Numbered from the stretch's first letter, positions 8,533 through 16,313 are shown. The stretch is 16,732 bases of DNA from Candidatus Nanohalobium sp. (GCA_042216335.1 JBDGTY010000039.1:1-16732); one strand, 5' to 3'. The notes: a model not told the origin generated them from the letters alone. Numbers and translations: made by a program.

Positions 8533-9375
8533 CTAGTTCCTCAAATCCCTGATCTTCTCGATGTTCTCCCTGTAGCTATCACGGTTGTCCTGCGGCGTCT
8601 CCAGTATCATTGGCAAGCCTTCCAGCTCCTCAGAGTTAACGACATTCCGGAATCCTTCCTCCCCAATCTCTCCGTATCCGATATCCCCGTGGTTGTCTTT
8701 CTCCGACCCACGCTCATCCTTCGAATCGTTGAGGTGAAGCACCTTAACCTTCTCCAGCCCGAGATCCTCCTCAACTTCCTGAAGAAAATCTCTGAATCCC
8801 TCCTCGGAGACAAGATCGTAGCCAGCCGCGTGTGCATGGCATGTGTCGATGCAGACGCCGATCCTCTCCTCTGAGGTCTGAGCAAGGTCGATCATCTGAC
8901 GAAGTTCTCCCATGGATTTGCCCAGTGTCGTGCCTTTTCCGGCCGTGTTTTCAAGCAGAAGAGTCACATCTTCCGGGATATCCAGTTCATCGATGCCCTC
9001 AGCAATCCTCTCGATGCCGGTCTTTCTTCCGCTTCCGGTGTGGGCACCGGGATGGAAGACCACGTACTCAACACCGAGTGTCCCTGCCGCATCAAGCTCG
9101 GCCTGAAGACAGTCAAGGGACTTCTGGAACAGGTCGTCCTTCGGCGTCGCCAGGTTAACGAGGTAGGTCGAGTGGATGACGTACGGGTTCTGCCCTTCCT
9201 CACCCCTTCTTTCCTGAAATTTTTCTCCATCTTCTTTCTCATACTCCGACACGCTCCAGGTACGTGGCGAACCTGCGAATATCTGGCCACAGTTCCCGGA
9301 TTCCTCTTTCTGCCTGTCTACTGCTTTTTCTACGCCGCCTGAGATCGAAACATGTGCGCCTACACGAAAAGTCAT
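8533..9375 (-). CDS. nfo: Endonuclease IV (AP endonuclease family 2)
   Basis: GAHVSISGG, QIF..SPR.W, HSTYLVNLA, VFHPG, LLENTAGKG, GVCIDTCHAHAAGYD, HLNDSK, DNHGDIGYGEIG and ILETP motifs. Start at ATG 9375 (MTFRVG). Confidence 0.95.
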   Translation of the reverse strand: MTFRVGAHVSISGGVEKAVDRQKEESGNCGQIFAGSPRTWSVSEYEKEDGEKFQERRGEEGQNPYVIHSTYLVNLATPKDDLFQKSLDCLQAELDAAGTLGVEYVVFHPGAHTGSGRKTGIERIAEGIDELDIPEDVTLLLENTAGKGTTLGKSMGELRQMIDLAQTSEERIGVCIDTCHAHAAGYDLVSEEGFRDFLQEVEEDLGLEKVKVLHLNDSKDERGSEKDNHGDIGYGEIGEEGFRNVVNSEELEGLPMILETPQDNRDSYRENIEKIRDLRN

Positions 9376-9419
9376 GTATACAGGTTCAGAAGTGAGCTTC
9401 AATAAGTTTTCGAAAAACT

Positions 9420-9575
9420 CTATTCCTGGATGATCCTCTCCCTGGCCTTCTCCTCATCCAGACTTCCGTCGTGCTGGCGGTCGAAGTGCTGCTGCGCCCT
9501 GTGTACTGCCTCTCTTCTTGTGTCGGCCCTGAACTCACGTTCGCAGAGGCTGCATCTGTATCGGTATGGCATCAT
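9420..9575 (-). CDS. Small C2H2-type metal-binding protein (DUF1059-like), about 51 aa
   Basis: MMPYRYRCSLCEREFRADTRREAVHRAQQHFDRQH gives CxxC...HxxxxH. TTTATATA lies at 9603-9610 on the minus strand, about 27 nt upstream. Confidence 0.65.
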   Translation of the reverse strand: MMPYRYRCSLCEREFRADTRREAVHRAQQHFDRQHDGSLDEEKARERIIQE

Positions 9576-9697
9576 CTCCTCTCGGTCAAATAGGCGAAGT
9601 GGTATATAAAGAGTATTCTTACACTCCAATCCCTGTCACAGGAGGTACCGGTTCACCCCAGCACAATAAAAGAGTTTGTGTAATAAAGTTGAACTAT

Positions 9698-10762
9698 ATG
9701 CCACAGAGAATTCTGGAGAAGATAACCACAGCACAGGAGGAACACGCACTGGAAGTGATACTGCTGTTCTTCTTCCTGACGCTGGCGATGGTACCCGGTA
9801 TGGCAAGGGTCGAGACGATTGTGGCGCTGGAGAACATGATGCCTTCTAGTTCGACACCGGTAGAAGGGTTCAACAATCTCCGGGCTGAAGGAATCGGAAA
9901 AGATTCGATCGCAGTACAGGTCTCCGCAGGACAGACAGAGGAAGGCGTCAAGGACATCACAAGCAACGCATCGAGAAAGTACATCAACTTGCTATCCGGA
10001 GAGATAAACGAGATATACGGTGTTACATCAGTATACAACCCTACAGAGGTTCGGGGATTGACGGACAGTAAGAAACAGACCTCCGTCATAATAGCATACA
10101 CATATATGGGCGACTCCGGAAAGGAGATGGAGAGGATATTCAGGGAGATACGCCAGGAAGCAAAGTATAACAGGCCGGAAGGTATTGAAACACGGATATC
10201 AGGTGTTCCAGCCGTCCAACAGAGACTCTCCGAAATGGTTCAGCGAGATAAAAACGTAACGACAGCTATCTCTCTCGTACTTGTGTTTTTCATAACTCTC
10301 GGGCTTTTCCAGGGCAGCTTCTCATCCGCAATCATGCCACTTCTCGTGGTCGCACTCTCGGTCGTCTGGCTGTACGGAACGATGGGCTACCTCGGAATCC
10401 CGCTTTCCACTCTCGCAGGATCCGTCGCAGCACTCGTCATCGGGATAGGAATCGACTACTCGGTTCATATACTCAATACATACAGGTTCCACCGCAGGGA
10501 CAATACCATCGAGGAAGCATTATCCGAAGCAGTCGGTGAGACGGGGGTGGCGATTATCGCGACCTCTGTAACAACCATCAGCGCGTTCCTGGCTTTCCTC
10601 GTCGGAAAGATGCCCGAGATGCATCGCTTCGGATTGATCATGTCCATCGGCATCGGTTACGCCCTGCTCTTCAGCTTCTTCCTTCTCCCTTCCGTCTTCG
10701 TCCTGGAGGAGAGGCTGATGAAGAAAATCCATGAATCCATCAACTGGAGACACGACTTCTGA
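9698..10762 (+). CDS. Half-size RND/MMPL-family transporter subunit A (354 aa)
   Basis: One TM, an extracellular domain, then five TMs. ISGVPAV and GIGIDYSVH (TM4 Asp), AVGETGVAIIATSVTTISAF. Start at ATG 9698 (MPQRIL). Confidence 0.88.
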   Translation: MPQRILEKITTAQEEHALEVILLFFFLTLAMVPGMARVETIVALENMMPSSSTPVEGFNNLRAEGIGKDSIAVQVSAGQTEEGVKDITSNASRKYINLLSGEINEIYGVTSVYNPTEVRGLTDSKKQTSVIIAYTYMGDSGKEMERIFREIRQEAKYNRPEGIETRISGVPAVQQRLSEMVQRDKNVTTAISLVLVFFITLGLFQGSFSSAIMPLLVVALSVVWLYGTMGYLGIPLSTLAGSVAALVIGIGIDYSVHILNTYRFHRRDNTIEEALSEAVGETGVAIIATSVTTISAFLAFLVGKMPEMHRFGLIMSIGIGYALLFSFFLLPSVFVLEERLMKKIHESINWRHDF

Positions 10763-10771
10763 GGTACCATT

Positions 10772-11833
10772 ATGATAGTAGAGGAACTCGCGACAAGACT
10801 GGTCGAATACCAGGCGGAGAAACCCTACAGAGTGCTCCTGATACTTGGAATCGTCACAGCGATGATCGTCCCAGGGATGCTGCAGTTACAGATCAAACCC
10901 AGCACGGAAGCTATACTGCCGAAGGACGACCCGGTGGTCGAGTCACTGGACACGCTGAGAGCAAAGTTCGGCGGAGACACCACGTACATTGTGATACAGG
11001 GGAAAAACGACCTGAGAAACCGGGAAACGATGCAGAAACTGCTGAGGATCGAGAACAGAGTTCTGAGATCCCAGAACGTGGTATCTGTAATCTCACCTGC
11101 CTCAATGCTTGAGAAAAGGTATGGCCGGATACCCTTGGACCAGGATAAGCTTGAATCATTCAGCTACGGCAGCCTTATGGATGATGACTACCGGACCGCC
11201 ATAATCTCTGTCCGGGCGGACACACAGGCGAAGTCAGGCGAGATCAAGAACCTGTTCAACAACATCAAGCTGGCAGTAGAGGCCGAGATGCCGGGAACCG
11301 GCTACTACCTCACCGGCTACAACATGATCAACCTGGCCACGTTCCAGGTCATCATCAGCGACTTCATCCGTATAACCGCCGTATCCTTCACGGCCGTACT
11401 TGGAGTGCTCTTCCTGGTATTCAGGGACCTTAAACGCATGCTGCTGCCTATGACCCCGGTCATACTGGCCCTGGTCTGGATGCTCTGCCTCGGAGGATAC
11501 CTGGGAGCGGATCTGACGATCATCTCGATGGTCTCTGCTGCGATGATAATGGGACTGGGAATCGACTTCGGTATCCACGTCACAAAGAAGTACTTCTCCA
11601 CGAAGAGAGGTGCAGAAGGGATGAGCGAGACCATGACAGAGCTCTCCCGTGGGCTCCTGGGAGGCTCAACGACGACTGGAGTAGGCTTCCTGGCGCTTCT
11701 TGCAGCAAACCTTTCCGGCATGCACGCACTCGGCATCTTCCTGTTCACAGGCATCATGTCAGCCTACATCGGCGCAGTATTCCTGCTTCCAACCCTGATA
11801 ATGCTTGTAGACGGTGCAGAACCGGTTGCATAA
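10772..11833 (+). CDS. Half-size RND/MMPL-family transporter subunit B (353 aa)
   Basis: Same 1+5 TM layout with GLGIDFGIH and GGSTTTGVGFLAL. A GAGGT RBS overlaps the upstream stop codon. Confidence 0.88.
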   Translation: MIVEELATRLVEYQAEKPYRVLLILGIVTAMIVPGMLQLQIKPSTEAILPKDDPVVESLDTLRAKFGGDTTYIVIQGKNDLRNRETMQKLLRIENRVLRSQNVVSVISPASMLEKRYGRIPLDQDKLESFSYGSLMDDDYRTAIISVRADTQAKSGEIKNLFNNIKLAVEAEMPGTGYYLTGYNMINLATFQVIISDFIRITAVSFTAVLGVLFLVFRDLKRMLLPMTPVILALVWMLCLGGYLGADLTIISMVSAAMIMGLGIDFGIHVTKKYFSTKRGAEGMSETMTELSRGLLGGSTTTGVGFLALLAANLSGMHALGIFLFTGIMSAYIGAVFLLPTLIMLVDGAEPVA

Positions 11834-11848
11834 GGTGAAAATTATACT

Positions 11849-13147
11849 ATGGAAACAACAACACGACACACGGCATTCAAACTTGCATTTACGCTTTCGA
11901 TTATCGCATTTTCGATTTCAACAGTTTCAGCTGCTCCAAAACTTGATGGAGTAAGCTTTGATCCTGCATTCATATCAGCGGGCGATAGAGTGAATATCTC
12001 CACCAATCTCGAGGCAACACAGTACCCGGAGAAGGACTGGGATTCAGAGAAAGAGCTTAAAGCAGTTCTCAAGCCCGGCAACCGTTTGACCAGGGAATAC
12101 GTCACGATAGAGAAAAGCCGCGACGAATCTATAGGCTTCCTCTACCCGCAGGGAATCTGGAACCAGAAGTACCAGGTCAAAGTGGATTCAGGAGCACCGA
12201 CAGGCAACTACAGGTTCGAGATCCACATCCAGTACCTGGAAAACGGCGAACCAGTGAAGATAAGTACAGGAGATGGTGAGAGCAACTTCACAGTCATCAG
12301 GGACTTCACCATGCCGGTCGACAACGAAGGAGTCGATCTCTCAGCCAACGTCGAGAAAACAGAGCCGACCACTCCGAGACCGGGAGACGACTACGTCGAA
12401 GCCCATATCACCTACACCAACACAGGCAACAAACCACTGGAAGAGATAGAGATCAGGCCGGAGACACCAGTGAACATCTCACCAGCTTACTCTCAGAGTG
12501 AGAAATTCTACATCAACCAGCTTCTCGAAGGACAATCAGCTAAGAGAACGCTAACGCTGGAGCTTAACGAGGATCTGAAGCCCGGCCTCCACTGGATAGA
12601 TCTCAAAGCGACCTACGAGGACGAATCCGGCAATCCGTACTCGGAAACACTGAAAGCACCGCTCAGGGTGGAGGGCAGACCTGATCTCGAACTGGTCAAC
12701 GCGGAGACCGAGATGAAGGCCGGTGCCACGAAAAAGCTCCACATCAAGGTGAGAAACACTGGCGAACAGGATGCCGAATCAGTTACAGCAAGGATGATCG
12801 CGGAGAGAACACAGCCGTTTGCCCTTAAAGACAGATCAAACTATATAGGAGAGATAGAAGCAGGAGAAACAGGTGAAGCAGTGCTGAAGCTCTCCGCCGA
12901 GAGATCAGCCAACCTGAAAACCCATCAGGTCAAGATACAGCTTAGAGCAATGGGAGACAGCGAGGAAGGCGATAACTCGGTCTATACGTTCACGGAAGAA
13001 GTGAAGATCACGCTTGACGGCAGGACACAGTCCCCGCTCATATCTTTCGGCATAGCAGCGGCAGTCCTCGTGGCACTGGCAGCCGGCTACCGCTACTTCA
13101 AAAACGTGGGAAAATCCGAGGAAGAGGCACACGGAGGTGAGAATTAA
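11849..13147 (+). CDS. COG1361 S-layer-domain family / CARDB-like surface protein with signal peptide and C-terminal TM anchor
   Basis: Signal peptide ending VSA-A, repeated Ig-like beta segments (PGD...TYTNTGN, VRNTGEQDAESV, YIGEIEAGE), and a C-terminal hydrophobic helix followed by YRYFK. Confidence 0.8.
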   Translation: METTTRHTAFKLAFTLSIIAFSISTVSAAPKLDGVSFDPAFISAGDRVNISTNLEATQYPEKDWDSEKELKAVLKPGNRLTREYVTIEKSRDESIGFLYPQGIWNQKYQVKVDSGAPTGNYRFEIHIQYLENGEPVKISTGDGESNFTVIRDFTMPVDNEGVDLSANVEKTEPTTPRPGDDYVEAHITYTNTGNKPLEEIEIRPETPVNISPAYSQSEKFYINQLLEGQSAKRTLTLELNEDLKPGLHWIDLKATYEDESGNPYSETLKAPLRVEGRPDLELVNAETEMKAGATKKLHIKVRNTGEQDAESVTARMIAERTQPFALKDRSNYIGEIEAGETGEAVLKLSAERSANLKTHQVKIQLRAMGDSEEGDNSVYTFTEEVKITLDGRTQSPLISFGIAAAVLVALAAGYRYFKNVGKSEEEAHGGEN

Positions 13148-13332
13148 TGGATGGCAAGAAAAGGTTCATGAGAAGGCTCGCGGGAACGATGGTCCTGATC
13201 GGGTTCATCGGCGGATGGTTCATCCACCCGTACATCTACCTTGTCGATGCCTTCGTAGGCCTGAACATGTGGCAGAGCTCGTTCACCGACTTCTGCCCAC
13301 CTGAAAAATTCTACGACAGGTTCCTGTCCTGA
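13147..13332 (+). CDS. DUF2892 (YgaP-like) small membrane protein
   Basis: RRLAGTMVL...FVGLNMWQSSFTDFCP motif. TAATG overlap with the upstream gene, and a GGAGGTGA RBS. Confidence 0.82.
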   Translation: MDGKKRFMRRLAGTMVLIGFIGGWFIHPYIYLVDAFVGLNMWQSSFTDFCPPEKFYDRFLS

Positions 13333-13399
13333 AAATTTTTCTCCAATATTCTCTTTTTATCCCTGTGGTTTTATCACGGAGCTCTACCAGTTCTAAGTT

Positions 13400-13633
13400 A
13401 TGGAAAAGAACGTAGGTGATACTGACGGTCTTGTCAGGATGGCGCTTGGAGCGGTTCTGGGCCTGGTTTCCCTTGTGGTGCTGGCTCAGGATATGGGCAT
13501 GGTTTCCGAGCTGCTGCCTCTGCCGGCTGTCGCTTCACCGATCCTCGGTGTAGTGGCTCTGGTGCTGCTTGCTACCGGTTACACAGGCAAGTGCGCTCTT
13601 TACTCCGCTCTAGGTGTCGATACCTCGGAGTAA
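13400..13633 (+). CDS. DUF2892 small membrane protein (second subtype)
   Basis: MEKNVGDTDGLVRMALG...LLATGYTGKCALYSALGVDT matches the NVG..DR..R / T....CP.Y..LG..T pattern. Confidence 0.85.
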   Translation: MEKNVGDTDGLVRMALGAVLGLVSLVVLAQDMGMVSELLPLPAVASPILGVVALVLLATGYTGKCALYSALGVDTSE

Positions 13634-13637
13634 AAAT

Positions 13638-13891
13638 CTAGCTTATCTTCACTTCTTTCTTTTCTTCTTTTTGCGGGTTCCATTCGATCTCCAGCTCCAG
13701 CGAAATCTCGTCTCCTTCCTCCTCGACCTTGATCTCGAACTCCGGCTCCTCAGTGGGCTTCAGGTTGACTTCCTCGCCACCCGAGCTCAGTGTGATGTCA
13801 CATTTCTCCAGTCCTTAGGAGATCTTCTTGAGGCTTTCCGTGATTTTTCCTTTGGGATCTTCTGCTCTGTCTTCATCAAAACTTTTTTCAT
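13638..13891 (-). pseudogene. Amphi-Trp domain gene with a frameshift and an internal stop
   Basis: ATG 13891 gives MKKVLMKTEQKIPKEK. After a frameshift at the A5 run (13844-13848) it reads ITESLKKIS*GLEKCDITLSSGGEEVNLKPTEEPEFEIKVEEEGDEISLELEIEWNPQKEEKKEVKIS*. The internal TAA is at 13815-13817. SLELEIEW is the amphi-Trp signature. Confidence 0.75.
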
Positions 13892-13914
13892 AGTAACATA
13901 TGAAACTGAAGCGG

Positions 13915-13921
13915 TTTATAT
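13915..13921. promoter_or_regulatory. Putative shared bidirectional TATA box
   Basis: TTTATAT lies about 22-24 nt from both divergent start codons (13891 minus, 13943 plus). Confidence 0.45.
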
Positions 13922-13942
13922 CTTGAGAACACAGAGGTATCC

Positions 13943-14500
13943 ATGAAAGACGGAAATTCTGAAGACCATGTAATCGATGCGGAGAAAGCGGATAAGCTTG
14001 AAGACGAGTCAAGGTACAGGATACTCTCACGTGAGGAGCTCCTGGCCCAGGTAGAGGAGGGCGATACTGTCCTGGACGTTGGGTCGGGCACAGGGTTCTT
14101 CACGGATGATATTGCAGAGAAAGCCGGCAAGGTCTACGCAGTCGACTTCCAGAAGGGCATGCATGATTACTACAGGAAGAAGGGGGTGCCGGAGAACGTC
14201 GAGCTCGTCCATTCAAAGGTCTCGGAGGTCGAACTGGGTGAAGAAGCTGACCTGGTCGTCTCCATTCTATCACTGCATGAGATTGATCTTGAGAAATCGC
14301 TCAAGAGGTTCGAGGAGGTTCTTGCTGACGACGGAAAAATTTTTGTAGTGGACTGGAGCAGGAACGCGGAAAAAGATGATGTTCCTCCGAGGGAGAAGCT
14401 CTACACTGCAGACGAGGCCGGTGTAAAGTTTTCGGATTGTTTCGATGTTGAGCAGAGCTTGGAGAGGCATGACACGTTCATTTTGAAGGCCTCCGGGTAG
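13943..14500 (+). CDS. Class I SAM-dependent methyltransferase
   Basis: VLDVGSGTGFF (motif I), VYAVD, ADLVVSILSLHE and VLADDGKIFVVDW. GAGGT RBS upstream. Confidence 0.9.
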   Translation: MKDGNSEDHVIDAEKADKLEDESRYRILSREELLAQVEEGDTVLDVGSGTGFFTDDIAEKAGKVYAVDFQKGMHDYYRKKGVPENVELVHSKVSEVELGEEADLVVSILSLHEIDLEKSLKRFEEVLADDGKIFVVDWSRNAEKDDVPPREKLYTADEAGVKFSDCFDVEQSLERHDTFILKASG

Positions 14501-14501
14501 C

Positions 14502-14867
14502 TTATTTCACCCAGGCTTCTTCCTTGCTTCCTTCTTCCAGGTTGCTGCGACCCCATTCGATCATTTCTTCGACAAGCGGGAGAAGTTTTTCGCCGAAATC
14601 TGTCAGCGAGTAGGTGATCTTGACAGGTTTCTCGTCCTCGACTTTTCTCTGGATTATGCCGCGTTCCTGCATCCGTTCCAGGTTGTCGCTGAGTGTCTTG
14701 TTCGTGATTCCGCCGATTTCTTTCTTCAGCTCGTTGAAACGTATCTCGTCGTTGTCTCCGACGTGGAACGTGATCACAGGCACCCATTTGTGCCCGAGGA
14801 TCTTGCTTGTGGACTTCAGCGCGCACCATTCGTCTCCTTTGCACCAGACCGGGATTCTTTCAGTCAT
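14502..14867 (-). CDS. HxlR/DUF24-family winged-helix transcriptional regulator
   Basis: WC.....WCALKSTSKILGHKW, RFNELKKEIGGITNKTLSDNLERMQERGIIQR and PVKITYSLTDFGEKLLPLVEEMIEWG. Confidence 0.92.
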   Translation of the reverse strand: MTERIPVWCKGDEWCALKSTSKILGHKWVPVITFHVGDNDEIRFNELKKEIGGITNKTLSDNLERMQERGIIQRKVEDEKPVKITYSLTDFGEKLLPLVEEMIEWGRSNLEEGSKEEAWVK

Positions 14868-14971
14868 CTAGTATCAGCCTCGAAACCTTGTGTTCTAGTG
14901 GATACTTCCGCCTTTAATATCCTGTGGAAACCAGGTTTACGTATGAAATCTTTGGAGGTTTTCTCGAATCT

Positions 14972-15778
14972 ATGACCGGAAATAAAAGCATTAAACTTGA
15001 ATTCACGACGAAACAGGCAGCGGCCGCCACACTTGTGATAGGACTGGTGGCGGGCGGATTCGCGGGCTTTACCGCTGGAACTATGGCGGCAGCGCCGACC
15101 GGAGCACCGGCAGATGGAAATAAAGATGGTCAGAGAGCTCAGAAGGCGTCGGACAGCCAGACTTCGGAAGAGGTTTTCCGGCAGATATCGAACGATCTTG
15201 GGCTTGATACCAGCCAGGTGATGCAGTGCTACCAGAATTCCAGCAACAGTGAGGCCTGGGAGGACAAGAGGAAGGCGGTGCAGAACCTTGGAAACTTCGG
15301 GACTCCGACTTTTTTCGTTGGGAACCGCGATAAAGGTTTCGTCCGGATCACTGGAGCTCAGCCGCTTTCAAGCTTCGAGCAGGCGTTCAAAAAGGTCAGG
15401 AGCGACGATCCAGGGAACCTGACAAGCCTTGAGGGCATCGAGCTTGAGGGAGAGCCGAGCAAGGGTCGGGAAAACGCCTCGATAAAGGTTGTGGAGTACA
15501 ACGAGTTTGGATGTCCGTTCTGTTCGGAGTGGAACGGCTTTGATGCATCCGGCAGGACGCCGATCGACAGGATGAAGATAGCTGACAGCCTTGAGAGGCA
15601 GTACATCGATACAGGGAAGGTCGAGCTTATCGTGAAGGATTATCCCGTGCCTCAGTTGCATCCGAATGGTCCGAAGGCTCACAGGGCCGCGAACTGTGTC
15701 TTCAAGCACGAGAGGGACGGTTACTTCGACTTCCACGACGAGCTGTTCAAGAGGCGTGAAAGGTGGATGCAGGGCTGA
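14972..15778 (+). CDS. Membrane-anchored DsbA-family (Thioredoxin_4-like) oxidoreductase with circularly permuted domain order
   Basis: N-terminal TM, then LGLD...C, GTPTFFVG and ITGAQPLSSF (normally C-terminal), followed by EPSKGRENASIKVVEYNEFGCPFC...YIDTGKV....KDYP...HPNGPKAHRAANC...FHDELF (normally N-terminal). GGAGGT at 14954-14959 supports ATG 14972. Confidence 0.85.
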   Translation: MTGNKSIKLEFTTKQAAAATLVIGLVAGGFAGFTAGTMAAAPTGAPADGNKDGQRAQKASDSQTSEEVFRQISNDLGLDTSQVMQCYQNSSNSEAWEDKRKAVQNLGNFGTPTFFVGNRDKGFVRITGAQPLSSFEQAFKKVRSDDPGNLTSLEGIELEGEPSKGRENASIKVVEYNEFGCPFCSEWNGFDASGRTPIDRMKIADSLERQYIDTGKVELIVKDYPVPQLHPNGPKAHRAANCVFKHERDGYFDFHDELFKRRERWMQG

Positions 15779-15782
15779 TAGC

Positions 15783-16313
15783 ATGACCGCGACGATAGAA
15801 TTCAATCTAACGGGATGGTGGAAGGATTTTTTCCAGGGTTTGACGGCCTCGGTCTCAACAAGGAGGAGGGCTGTGGCCACTGTTTTCACCGGATCGGTGG
15901 CTTTCCTCCTCTCTATCTTTTCCGCTAATCCCGGCTACTCGATGCAGATGCTTTCCGCTGGAATCCGGTACTGGGGCATCGCGTTCATCACAAGGTTCAC
16001 CGGCGTCATCATGAACACAGGCTACACAGGCATGTTCCTGACCTTGATTTTCTCGGCACTGGTCGGGGTGACGATGACCAACACGCTGATTCAGTTAAGG
16101 ATGAACCAGGTTGATTTCAGCAGCCTCGGCGCCGTACCCGGGTTCCTCGCAGGAGGATGCGCCTCGTGCGGAGTCGGAGTCCTGTCGCTTCTCGGGTTCG
16201 GCGGGGTACTGGCATCACTACCATTCGCCGGGAACAGTCTGAGACTTGGCGGCGTACTGCTCCTGCTGGTGCTCATCGCCCGGAACGGCGACCCACGCAC
16301 ATGCAGCATCTGA
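15783..16313 (+). CDS. Uncharacterised membrane protein (about 4 TM) with a GCASCG motif and C-terminal Cys
   Basis: 176 aa starting 4 nt after the DsbA stop. Hydrophobic helices, GFLAGGCASCGVGVLSLLG, ends DPRTCSI. Confidence 0.75.
   Translation: MTATIEFNLTGWWKDFFQGLTASVSTRRRAVATVFTGSVAFLLSIFSANPGYSMQMLSAGIRYWGIAFITRFTGVIMNTGYTGMFLTLIFSALVGVTMTNTLIQLRMNQVDFSSLGAVPGFLAGGCASCGVGVLSLLGFGGVLASLPFAGNSLRLGGVLLLLVLIARNGDPRTCSI

Noticed and set aside
9566-9697. N-terminal extension of the first MMPL ORF (similar extensions at 8418-8498, 9376-9402, 14924-14971 and 15666-15782)
   Set aside because: These extensions overlap promoters or neighbouring genes. Downstream ATGs fit domain starts and RBS/TATA spacing better.
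10760-10762. TGA as selenocysteine in a fused MMPL
   Set aside because: It falls in a linker with no redox motif, and an RBS plus ATG follows directly.
13815-13817. Stop-codon reassignment explaining the internal TAA of the amphi-Trp gene
   Set aside because: TAA ends several normal genes in this window, and the gene also has a frameshift.
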